From: Pelomyxa schiedti
Lineage: Eukaryota > Protista > Evosea
Length of the DNA stretch: 47,526 nucleotides
Assembly (NCBI GenBank): GCA_020536535.1
Contig: JAHLWZ010000921.1
Coordinates: 1-47,526 of the forward strand
Direction of reading: 5' to 3'
The position numbers were made by a program, and so were the translations under genes. The first letter of the stretch is position 1; each line of letters starts with the position of its first letter. Below are positions 13,902-24,936 of the stretch, piece after piece. The notes beneath the pieces are model-generated. The model was not told where the DNA came from, did no database searches, and worked only from the letters and a program-made list of their open reading frames with translations.

Positions 13902-16467
13902 ATGGCATCAAATCCGCCTGCGGCGGTGCAGCCCACCAAAGTCAATTTGTACGTTATTGGCCGCGGTCACGCGGGCAAATCCACGTTGTTGAATTTGTTA
14001 TACAGGAGACTCACTCAATTGGTGTGTCTTCTTGAAATCTGTCGTCTGTTTTTTTTTTTTACTTGGGGTGTTTGTTTCTACTTTCTTAATATTGGTTCTT
14101 GTTGTTATTATTATTGAGCTGTGATTTCCTGGGTATTGATTGAAATTGATTGACTGTTTGTGGGTTAGAACATCGACCCTTACCCTGTTATGAATGACGC
14201 TTCACGTGGGACAGTATTTTTGAGAGTAATGCCACTTTCTATTCAATCATATGGAATGACTCTCAGACTGTGTGACACTGCCGGTCTCAGGTGTGTGATG
14301 TTGCCTTTTTGGTTTTTGTTTATGCGGGAGTTCTTCAGGTTCACAAAGGAAACTATGCTTCCTGATATGCACATCGTCAGAAGAGTAAGGCAGGGTCTCA
14401 GTGACAATGTGAATTTGCTTCAGGATAATATTGGCTCCATGCCTCTTGTTGCAGCAAATGAAGCACACGCCTTTCTAATCGTTTTACGTGCCGATGAGAT
14501 GAAATGGGTTCACTCAAGTATATTCCCCTCTTCTGCAATACTTTATCAACTCGTATCTAGAAAATAAATACAAGCTTCTTGATGAACCGGACATGACTTT
14601 CCTTGGCTCTCTGCGGGAGGAGTGTAAATTTCTTGCCCATGCCGAGCCTGGTCTTGTACTTACTTGCTGTGATTTGGCTCCAAAGAAAACTGGAGTGGTA
14701 CTTTCTCCCCTTCCACTTTTTTTTTTTCACCAATCACTTGCTAGAAACGACCAGCTCTCAAGCAGTACGCTTCTGAGCTTAGATACACCAAAGCGTGTAT
14801 GTACCATATCTGTTACGAGGGTAATTAATTTCATAGTGTTTCTCACTGGGATGACCAAAACCAAAACTGGAGCATTAGAATTAGACGAAGAATCAAAACC
14901 TGATATGGATATGCTTATACGCTGGATCACACAATGTATGCGTGGCATGATTACCACTTCTAACCTACTTCAAAAGCGGTTTTGGAAAGTGTCAAAAATC
15001 ATGAGTTGTCGAAAAGACTTGGTAAATTGAATTAACCTGACTCGAGACTAATCTGCTTTAGCGTCTGCAACGCCTGTTGAAAGACCACTGAAAGACAGAA
15101 CAACACCACCACCAGCCCAGCCTACCCCTACAAATCCTTCACATGCTAATTACCCAGGACAACCCCAACCAGGATACCCAAGGCCGCCTCAACCACCCTA
15201 TCCGGGCCAACCACAGGTCAGTTACGTAGTGCAAACCCAACCAAACTACCCAGGGCAACCGCAACCAAACTATCCAGGGCAACCACAACCAAATTACCCA
15301 GGGCCGCAAGTTAGCTACATCTGTCAACCACAGCCCAATTTTCCTGGGCAACCACCCCAGCCGGGCTATCCTGGACAACCACGCCCACAATACTACACAG
15401 TCGCTCAAAATCCTCCAGTCTATGTGCAACAAGTCTATCCCCCAAATGCAACGTATACCGTTCAGCAACCTTACCCAAACCCCACACAACCACCACCAAA
15501 TCCCCAATACTACAATAACCCTTCTCCAAGTGGACCATACCAACCCACTTCATCCTATGCTCCTCCCTATACCGGAGTTTCGGCGAATCCACCCCCGCCA
15601 GGTTATAACCAACAAGCAGCCCAGCAAAGAGGCTATCCCCAACCAATGAGTCCTCCACCATCCAACTACCCACCACCCCAGAACACTGCATATCCCCCAA
15701 CAGGACCTCAGCCACAACTGTATCCCAACCTTGGTCCCCCACCCCCAGGGTATCCCACACCACCGCCAGGTTATTCTAAACAACCACCACCGCGTTCGCC
15801 GGAAGTTACAAACCAACCCCCATCGCAATATCCCCCGCAATATCCTCCACAGCAACCACCGCCATCACAGGCGCCATACCCTCCCCAACAACCTCCGCAG
15901 CAACCATACCCTCCCCAGCAGTCACCACAGACTCCCTATCCCCCCCAGCAGTCACCACAGACCCCCTATCCCCCCCAATCCACACTGGAGCCGCACCCAC
16001 CACCATCCAATTTCCCTCCAAAGCCAGCCCCACAAGCACCTCACCCAGGAGACACTCTCAACCACACCCCATCACCCCCGCTTGAGACCCCCTACACACC
16101 CCCTCCTCCGCCCCAGACATCCTGTGATTTCCCTCCCAATTCCACCACGTGCACACCTCCCCAAGACCCCACACTACCCTCACCACCTCCGGAATCCACA
16201 GAACAACAACCGGGTTCCGGAACAAACCTGTGCACCAACCCAGCTGAATCCGGACTGCAACTGGCCCCTGATGATAACTCCTTCTCAACCGGGTACACCA
16301 TGCCGGAACCCTCAGCACCAACCCTCACTGAGAACCAAGATTCGTTTGACTTCCACTCTGTCCAGTCCATTCTTGGCCCTCAGTCACAGGAAGGCTTCTT
16401 CAATACTCCTCTAGACCCCCAGCCGCAACCTGAGGCTCCAGTCATGTCTCAGAGTGACGCTTCCTGA
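13902..16467 (+). CDS. P-loop GTPase-like protein resembling the IFI44 family, with a long Pro/Gln/Tyr-rich repetitive C-terminal tail
   Basis: Walker [13 protein letters not shown]3-like [17 protein letters not shown] and LVLTCCD. The final exon (~15060-16467) is a long P/Q/Y low-complexity ORF. The IFI44 assignment rests on remembered motif order. Confidence 0.6.
15148..15395 (+). repeat. Coding tandem repeat, ~24-nt unit encoding QPQP(N/G)YPG
   Basis: Repeated (aac/aat)ta(c/t)cca-ggg-caacc-caacca units; translation NYPGQPQP about 6 times with variants. Confidence 0.8.
15870..15980 (+). repeat. Coding tandem repeat, 30-nt unit encoding PYPPQQ(S/P)PQ(T/Q)
   Basis: cccagcagtcaccacagac units; translation PYPPQQ about 4 times. 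Confidence 0.8.
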
Positions 16468-16527
16468 GACTGTAAAAACCTTTACTCTGTTCCAGGCAAA
16501 AAATTCTTCTATTTTCTATTCCTATTC

Positions 16528-19500
16528 CTATTCCTGTTCTGCTTCTCCTCTCTGTAATAGTGTTGCCTCCAGGATGGTTCTCTTGAGCAGTGATAGAAGT
16601 GTCAACAGAGTTGTGTACCTGTCCAGCTCTTCCCTGTTTGTGGGGAAGGTATCAGCCACAGAGAATGTTGCAAAGGCTGACTGCAGAGAAGGAAGCAGTT
16701 CACTTTCATACAGGAAACTAGTATGTAGTGCTGCCGCCGAGATATTACAATCGGGTTGGTTGGGGTCAGCTCCGGTGGGAGGTCCAGGCAGAGTGGGGGC
16801 TATGAATTGGTGTTCCTCAAAGAAAGAAACCCATAGCTGAATATGTGTAAATAGAATTCGGTTAGGGTGGAGTATACCTTGGAGGTGTTGAGTAGGAGCT
16901 GAAGGGATAACACAATATTTTTGTGTTGGTCTTTGTCCAGTAGGGGAGAAGCTGTGGCAGCTTCTTGGACTGTTTTATGTAATAAGTTCTTTAGGTTCGT
17001 TGATAATTCTTCGGAAGCGGATTGTGTACCTACCAAGTACATGTCAGTGCGGAACATGTTTTTAGGTGTTAGAGGTACTGTGAGGATCAACAATTGGGAA
17101 TGTGCCACCTGCTGATGTCTCCTGGTTCGGCACAAGCCAGCACTTAAGGATTGATTAGTATGGAAACGGGTGAGGCAGAACACACACAGTGCTGAGGACT
17201 TGTACAATGTATGAAAATTTGTTTCTGAACTGGCTTTCACATTGGTGTTTGAATGCAATATAGCCGATCAAAGTTTTCAGTGTATTAACCTCAGTTGCAA
17301 CGTTATCCCAGGCAACTATGAGAGTCGGGGGGTTCTTTTCCATGTATTTGGAACCTGCCAGCAGAAGGTCGGATATTTTATAGAAGGCACTATAATCTTC
17401 CGATTTTAGTTTTTCAACAACAGAGAGCAGAAGCTGTGGAACGAGTTAGAATGCGGTCTAAGTGAATTAAGTACCGATTTATTCGCTTGTACAACTGCAA
17501 TGCAAAGTAATTTCTTATGAAGGGGCAATTCTGTACTACTAAGTTGCTCCATTAAGCATCTCGAACTCTCCATAAGGTATTTATAAGTTCTGTCTTTCTC
17601 CCTTGGGCTTGTTGAAGAGCTCAGCTTGCTACTTGTGGGAATTGAAGACCGAATTTCTTCAGAAGATGATAAATCAAGGCTGTAGAGATTTGATTCAGAG
17701 GCGGGGGCGTGGCTTGTATGAAAGGTGTGACGATGTTGATGTGAGTGATGCCGATTGCGTGCATGCGTATGTAAGCCTGGTTCAATAGCTGTAAGTGTAG
17801 GAGATGTGGGAGACGTGGAAGGTGATGGAGAGCGTGATGAAGAGGGAGATTGAAGTGGGGTGATTGTAGGTGAATTGGTTGGTAGTGTAGGAAATTTAGG
17901 TGTATGAGGAAGCACCTCGGCATTAGTAATATTTGGTACAGGTACCGGGATAGGAGCTGAGGAGCACTGCAAAGTAGGAGATACAGGAGCAAGTAGGGGA
18001 GGGGATGCCGAAGCAACAGGAAGTAATAACCTGGCCGAAGCAGCCCCAGTGTTGGGAGTAGGTGGATGAATGGGTGAGCTAATTTGAAGACGTGGAGGGG
18101 CTGGCGTAAATGTCACCCCTGTGGAATAGGGGGGGCTGACAGGAGGAGGTATGTTCTTGAAGAGATTAGGTGAGGAGTGGGATTTAAGTGCCGCAATTTT
18201 TTGGAGCTCTGATAATGACATTGGAGATGAATTTGGTGTTGCTGGTGGAGGGATGCTGTGCAACCCACTGTTGGGGCCAGGAAGTGGTGGGGTATCTATG
18301 ATGCGTGGTGATCTCGGTGAGTTCTCCTGGGAAGAAGGTTTCATGCCGAGGAGGTCCAGCCTATTCTTTAGGGCTAGGGCAGGTGGCTTGCTGCGTGGGG
18401 TAGTCGGTTCATTTAATTTATGAAGGGAAGTATCATCCAATCCTTGTGCGGTTTGTATAGATGCCATTTCATTACCTTGCGTTGGAAGCACTTCCTTGTA
18501 CGAAATCCTCGCATCACAGGAACTTCGGGCTGAGTGTGTTAACTTAGGGGTGCCGTCACGGAGAATGTCACAATCTTTTTTTTTCCCTTTGCCCACCTTG
18601 GTTTTATTAGAAAAATAAAGGAAAGCTCAAACACTTGCCCGCGTAGGACTGGGTAGAGTTTGTGGAAAGCCAAGACCCATATATACTTCAGCAGTAGCAC
18701 TGGGAGATGCTTTTAAAACTTCAATAGATCCCCACAATAAATTTTGCTGCCGTTGCCACTCTGCTATTGTCTCATCACGTGTGTGAGTCGGCGGAGGTGG
18801 TGGCGTGGTATTTGGTGGAGGTGGGGGAGGCAACTCTGGTTTGAAAGATGTAATATAGGATTGAGTGAGAGCACGAATGGTTGTGGAGAAGAATTGCTTC
18901 TCCAAGTCACACAAACGAAGTCCTGCCATTGGATCCAGTCCAGAGGGTCTCTGAAGAAGGCATTGTGAGAAGATGAGACCTGTGTTGCCGGTCACTGCTG
19001 ATGAGAAGGGGAGTGCATACTCAGGTTATCAATTGTCATTTTTGTAATTGATTCGTACAAAGCCAAAAAGGAAGCAAAGTGAAGTAAACATTTGAGTGTA
19101 TCTCGGTGGGAGGCAGGGAGTTTCTCAAAGACTAATTGTTCAACAGATGTCTCTGATATTTGTCTCACAAGCTCGTCTTGAATAAATGTATTGCTGAGAG
19201 ACGGTTATACTTCATTTAGAGTCAAATGCCCTTACTAAAGTTCAGTTGGAATTAAGGGAACAGGTAGTTCTCGCAAGAAGAGTTTGAAAATAGAGCAGAT
19301 GACGTGCACACACATGTCCTCTGGAATACTGAAGTCTCCATCATTGATTGAGTCGCGGTACTGTTGCACTTCCATTGCTGCCCCAGAAATCCTGCCAGTG
19401 TTTAGCCGCGTTTTTTGGGATTAACTCTACCGAAAAATTCCTTCTGTCAAAGGTCCTAAGTAATTTTACTTTAATTGGCACCAAAACCAGGCTCATACCA

Positions 19501-21079
19501 CCAATTTCAAGAATTGTATCACGGAGTAGAACTAGAATAAAAGGAATCTTGCCTTGAAGTCACAAAAGAAAAAGAAAGCAAGTGCAAGGCACCTTCAAAG
19601 AGGGGAAATCATCTCTCTGGCGAAGAAGGATGTCATCTACAGAAACTCCAAACCAACCCTGGCGATCTTTTTTGTTTCCCACCTTGGTGCCTTTCTTTTT
19701 TTGTGCCTGCAGGAAAAAGTTTGTTGTAGCTAGGAAGGGAGTTATTACCTGATAATTAGCAAATTGAACTTGCTGTGGGGACTGTTGCATTGCTTTATTA
19801 GTGGAGATAAACTGGTCAAACTCTGTGCGAGTTTAGGAAAACCTACAACCAATACATAATACCATCATAACCAGTCTTAATTAAGAAAGATTTATATTCG
19901 GCCTCAAGCTCATTGTGCACATGTTCAGTATACTTGGATTTCAACTGAAAAAGGGATCAGTAATGGGACCCATAAAGAGCGCGAACCTCAAGTAACTTTT
20001 TGATTTGCACTTCAATATCTTTGATACATAGTTGATGTATTTTCTTCATATCCTACCAGAGGAATGAATATACTCGTGAAGTGATTGGGAAACGCACATT
20101 CACTATCTTTCGGTAATCATTCCATGATCGTTGTTGAAAATCATTGTATTCCGTAATTTGTTGCTGGTATTGTGTTGAACAAGCTGTAGTTTCTTGCACT
20201 AGTTTCATTTTTTTCTGTTAAGGAGCTTAGCTGAAAAGTCTACTACAGTGCTATGAAACTTTAGAAGTTTCTGGTTTGTCTTGGAGCTCTTCTAGGTCTC
20301 TATTTGCCTTGAGCCAGACAGTCTTACACTAGCAGTCGGTTGGAAGATGTACAAAAAAAAGAACGCACGTACTTTGTCCAGTTTTAGCTGGGCATTTTTA
20401 AGGTCCAGTGATAACTTGTGTGCACTTTCGAGGGTTGTTTTAATGCCCATCTCAATTTCTTGGTAGAAGGTGTCACGGTGCAGAACAACCTAAATTAAGG
20501 GAAAATAAGGTAAATAGGAAGAAGAATATACCAATGATGAAAGCTCTTCTGATAATTTGCTATGTGCTGAAGCAAGACAAATTGTAAGGTTTCCTAGAGT
20601 CGTGAATCCTTCAAAGCCCTGGCATGGTACCCTAAATGACAGCTAAGGAATGGTCGTTTGGTAAAAGCATAATTTCCAACAAAAGACCAAAAAAAAAAAA
20701 AAAAGTTCTAGGGGATGATGGATTCAGGTGTCATCCTTTAGATTATTGTAACTCACCAGTGAACCAATTAAAAAAAAAAAAAAAAAAAGAAACCCAACAT
20801 ACAATGAAGGCTCCCTCTCCTGCAAGAATCTCAGAGACGCAGATAGAGTCTGAGCATACTGGTCGTCGGCTTGTGCTATTTTCATGACATGGCCTGTTGT
20901 TAACTTGACCCTGTTCAACGCCGCGTATACAACCTGTTGCATTCCCACAATGTCCTGGTGGCACCCACCGTGAACACACCAACATAGGCCAACCACTCGC
21001 AGTCGCGCAACAGTTAGGATGGGAATGGCAAACATACCCAACCCTCGGGGCAGTCCACGTCCTCTCTTGGTCGTGACAT
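16528..21079 (-). CDS. F-BAR (FCH) plus RhoGAP protein with Pro/Ser-rich middle and helical C-terminal region, multi-exon
   Basis: MSRPREDVDCPEGW|DIVGMQQV...KIAQADDQYAQTLS (FCH-like) followed by coiled-coil exons, then WFGVSVD, IPFIL, EGIFR|ISG (arginine finger) and FKLFLRELPVPLIP. Confidence 0.82.
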
Positions 21080-21219
21080 TCCCCGAACACAACTAGGGTG
21101 TGTTTCGTTTTTTTTTCGAGAAAACAATACAAGATCGGGGCGATCTGGAACCCACTCGGGATGCAAAAGTCTTGAATAGGTATTCAGTTTGGGGTCTATG
21201 TGTTGTATTCAAAAAAGGT

Positions 21220-24200
21220 TCAAGGCAAGTTGCTGGCGTTTGTGGCTGTTTGATGGTGTTGTGGGATCATCATCGTATCTTTGGTGGTAAGGGCTACGTA
21301 ATTCTGAATGAAATTCGCCATGTCCACTGTGAAGGTGATTAGTGACAAGGGCTATTGGGTTGTACACAGAACCTTGGGCAGTCGGCTGGCCAGGGAGCAC
21401 CCCTTCAATGCAAGGAAGACTGCTCATGGTTTCAATGTCAGGAAATGCACCTCTTACCTATTTGTGGAATAAGTTTAACTACGAAATATAATTTCTGCAT
21501 GCATGAAAATAGAGCTGGGCTGTAAGGTTACGTGAGGTCAAACAGAATATAGGTATTCCCTGAGGCTTGGCAGTAATGATAGCACCTACTATCAACGACA
21601 GTTGCGTTAAATCAGGAACTTGTTGATTGAAACGTGAAGTCCTTGGAAAGAAAATTAGCAGGCAGAGCAAAAACATAGGAACATACAAGAAAATCATGAT
21701 GTTTGGACGGCTCCAAGCCGTGGCCTGTAATGTAATGGCAGCAATATCAGCTGGCGTACCAAACAATATATATAGGAAGGATTCAGAGAGTGAGTACAAC
21801 GAGAGACACGTTGGATGAACGTGAGCTGGAATTTGTTTTTTTTTGCAAATGTGAGACTTTTTGTTACAGACTTGCTTTTCATACCAGAATCTATAAGAAG
21901 AATCCCAGAATAAGGAAATCTTCGAATAACGGGCGGGACCATGGCAAGTTGTGTTTCAATAGGTATGGGTGGCTGTGCGCCGCGGATATCAGCAATCATC
22001 TCCTGCATCAAGTAAGAACAAATTGAAAAAGAAATTAAGACGAGTTCTATAGAATACAGTACACAATCCGATCAAAACCAAAACAAAACAAAAAAAAAAA
22101 GAAACAGCAAAACCACAACATAGGAAATCAGGAAAATAACAAACAACATAAATTGTAAGGAAAATTATTACACACCAGCTGGAAGACCGTGCTTCGGTAC
22201 TTTTCCACCGTAACAGGGGAGATGTTTTTCCCGCTTTCAGCCGCCTCGATGCCAAGTTTGGCCCACGCCCACGCAGTCTTCTCGGACTCACATAGAGCGC
22301 CAGGTGCTTCTTGGGCCTTGGTCTGCGTTGCAACCTCCAGCTGCTGCCGCCGACGCAGCCTCCTCCCCGTGCTGTTGCTGACCCCGGGGGTGTCATCACC
22401 CGTCAAATCTAGCACTCTCACCAAAATCCGCCAGGGTTTTTAATCCCGCCATCTTTTTTTCGTTGAAACATCAACATTCTTGTTTTGGTCGGTGACTAAA
22501 AGCGGAAGGCAATGAGTACAATAACGCAATTACAACAACTCCTACAACAGTTGGTTGCACTTCTTGGTGGTGAGTGCATGTCGTTGGCCACAGTCAGTGC
22601 CACACCACGATTGTCCAAAGTCAGGCAGCAAAATGCTTGTAGACCTGTGGTGCCACAACACCCCTGCATTGTGGAAACACCAAGCTTTGATGTGAACACT
22701 TCATTTCCCCCAGTGTCCACACCAATTCAATGTAATCCAACAATGGAGGGCACACCCCAAACAAAGAGGACTCCTCCACCACCCAAGAGACCACGCAGTT
22801 CTGTTGCCATTAGAAAATTAGAAGTAGAGGCAGCCAGGAAACTTGTGGCTTCCATGACAGGTATTTAGTTGTTGCACTGTCAACATATTGACTTCAAAAG
22901 GCATGACCAAACTTGAACAAGCTGTCACTTTGGTGAAGAAACACAATGTGACTCAGTCAATTGTTCGAGAGGTTACTGGTGTTGCACGCAGTACATTTAG
23001 AGGTCATACAGATGGCAAGGTCAACAGCACAAAAAGAGGTCGTCCTCCATCCTTGTCAACAGAAGAAGACACAGACTCAGTCAAAGTCTTCCAAAGCACC
23101 TCTGCAACAAAGAAATATTACACACTGGCTGAGGCTTCTTCTCTTCTTCAAGATTTTTGGAAGCAAACTCCACAATGCAATCTTGCCAAGCGGCTTCCAA
23201 AATTCAGTAGAACATGGTGGTGCAGCTACTTAAAACGACATGCAATGTTACACAAAAGAACTCCCAGGATCATTGAAAAAGAGAAATTTACCGTGGCTCC
23301 CAGATGCCCTACATAGAATACAAATGCTCCTTGCTTGCACTAGGGGATTAGAGTATGCTTTTGTTCCTGACTTAATCAAAGTGGCTTGGGCAAGGACTGG
23401 TCTTTGGCCAATCAACAAAGAGGCACCTCTGAGGTCAAATTCTGTAATTGACCCCATTGAAGAAGCTATTGCACAGAGAGAAACCTCTAGAGGACCACCA
23501 ATCTTTGGCACAGTCGTGATTCCTGCAAATCAACCAACACAACTGTGGGCTGAGCAGGAACAGGTCTCCAGAAAGGGGGTTCACCAGTTCTGGAAGGAGA
23601 AGCTGACAACACTCTGTACTGTGACTTCAGGAGTAATTCTAAACAAGCTTGTGCCCAATCAAAACAAGGAATTGACCCAACAGCAAGCTGGTTGCTTTGT
23701 TGTCAAGTTGCCTGAAATTCAAAATGAAATCCAGACAACCAGTCTTCTCTGTACAGCTCTGGGCATGTCAAGTTTGTCAAACATCCCACCATCCCCACAC
23801 TCCTCACCTCTGGTGACTGGGGGCATCTTCCAATTAGCTGCAGGTGCCCCACAGCTTGCCAACATTGGATTTCATAATGTCTACTTCTAACTTTGTTCGG
23901 CATTTTGGAGTCGATTTTGCCCACCCTGTGCGACTTCCACTTTGGGTCACCGACCAAAACAAGAATGTTGATGTTTCAGCGAAAAAAAGATGGCGGGATT
24001 AAAAACCCTGGCGGATTTTGCTACGCCTGCTCTACTGTGTTTTCCTGGAGCTGACCCAGTTAGAACAGCCTAGAAAAAAACCTTGATCTCAACGATAGGG
24101 GCCGGTTCGGCACTTCCCTCGGCATCTCCTGTCAGATCCGGTTCCCTTATTCCGTCATTAGAGCCAATCAGAGTCAACTCCATACTGTTGGGTGGATGCG

Positions 24201-24500
24201 GTGTGGTACTCTGTGTTTTTCGACATCGCTACTGCCTCTGGCTCTAGCTTTTCTTGTTTGTATTAATACACCACATAGTTCTTGGGAAAAAAAGGGGTTT
24301 ATAAGGAATGGACGCAGGGGAATGGTGTCAAAGGGCTGACGTAATGACAGGTGATAAACGGGTTTAGATTACCTCGCCACACTTCTCTGATTTGTAGTCC
24401 TCACCATGACTCATGTGGGTTTGAGGGACAGGCATATTTGTCTTCCCACAGAAACATACCCAGAAGTATCCTCTCCAGCATTATCTTGATATAAGACCAT
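21220..24500 (-). CDS. Orphan multi-exon gene of unknown function, interrupted by the pogo-like element; possibly a pseudogene; ends approximate
   Basis: Chain of short exons bounded by GT-AG introns on both sides of the insertion; DLTGD motif occurs on both sides (EPDLTGD at ~24130, VLDLTGDD at ~22400). Confidence 0.5.
22422..22496 (+). repeat. Left terminal inverted repeat (75 bp)
   Basis: caaaatccgccagggtttttaatcccgccatc...ttggtcggtgac is the reverse complement of 23946-24020 with one mismatch; degenerate similarity extends ~14 bp further inward. Confidence 0.95.
22512..23890 (+). pseudogene. Truncated pogo-type transposase: DNA-binding HTH domains retained, catalytic domain deleted
   Basis: Exon to 22860, intron 22861-22900 (gtatttag...caaaag), HTH exon, then a frame switch near 23290 directly into C-terminal transposase sequence. 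Confidence 0.8.
23946..24020 (-). repeat. Right terminal inverted repeat (75 bp)
   Basis: gtcaccgaccaaaacaagaatg...ggcggattttg, reverse complement of the left TIR. Confidence 0.95.
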
Positions 24501-24936
24501 GGTTTTGGCAGTCAAATAGTGTCTCAATGACTGTGGACCCTTATTTGGCCCAAAAAAAGTAAAAAAGCTCTGGACGGTTTTTGGCACAGGCCGGTGCGAT
24601 GCGAGGGCATGGAGATAATTGGTACGGGGCAAAGTGCAAACATGACAGGGGATGTAGCACAAAAACAGGGAGGCAAAAGGGCGGCACCACATTCTACACT
24701 AAAAACAACACAACCCAACAGTAAAATAAATCAAAAAACAGAAACAGAAACAGAAGCCAGGGGTGTGGCCGCAGGGATCAGAGAGCCAGGGAAGGAGGAG
24801 TTCTTTCCAAAAACCAAAATTTGTTGTATGGTGTCAAATACACAGAAATTAGATTTATTTACCAGCAGTTTTCTAACACCACAATGTACTACCTTAAGAG
24901 GGAATATGAAGTTGTGGTGTTAATGTGGGTTGTGGT

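Larger units (their letters stand above)
22422..24020 (+). mobile_element. Internally deleted (non-autonomous) pogo/Tc1-mariner superfamily DNA transposon, 1,599 bp
   Basis: 75-bp terminal inverted repeats with 1 mismatch. Internal HTH-psq-like (LEQAVTLVKK...TGVARSTF...RGRPPSLS) and CENP-B-like HTH (FSRTWWCSYLKRH), plus the post-DDE motif IKVAWARTGLWPIN. No DDE core in between. Confidence 0.9.

Noticed and set aside
20225-20265. In-frame TAG in the F-BAR region suggesting readthrough or an alternative genetic code
   Set aside because: It lies within a 29-nt GT-AG intron; the standard code fits all genes.
21200-22420. Possible tyrosine-recombinase (Crypton/DIRS) element suggested by NISPVTVEKYRS
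   Set aside because: No R-H-R-Y catalytic motifs in the reconstructed downstream exons; the sequence below 21080 belongs to the F-BAR-RhoGAP gene.
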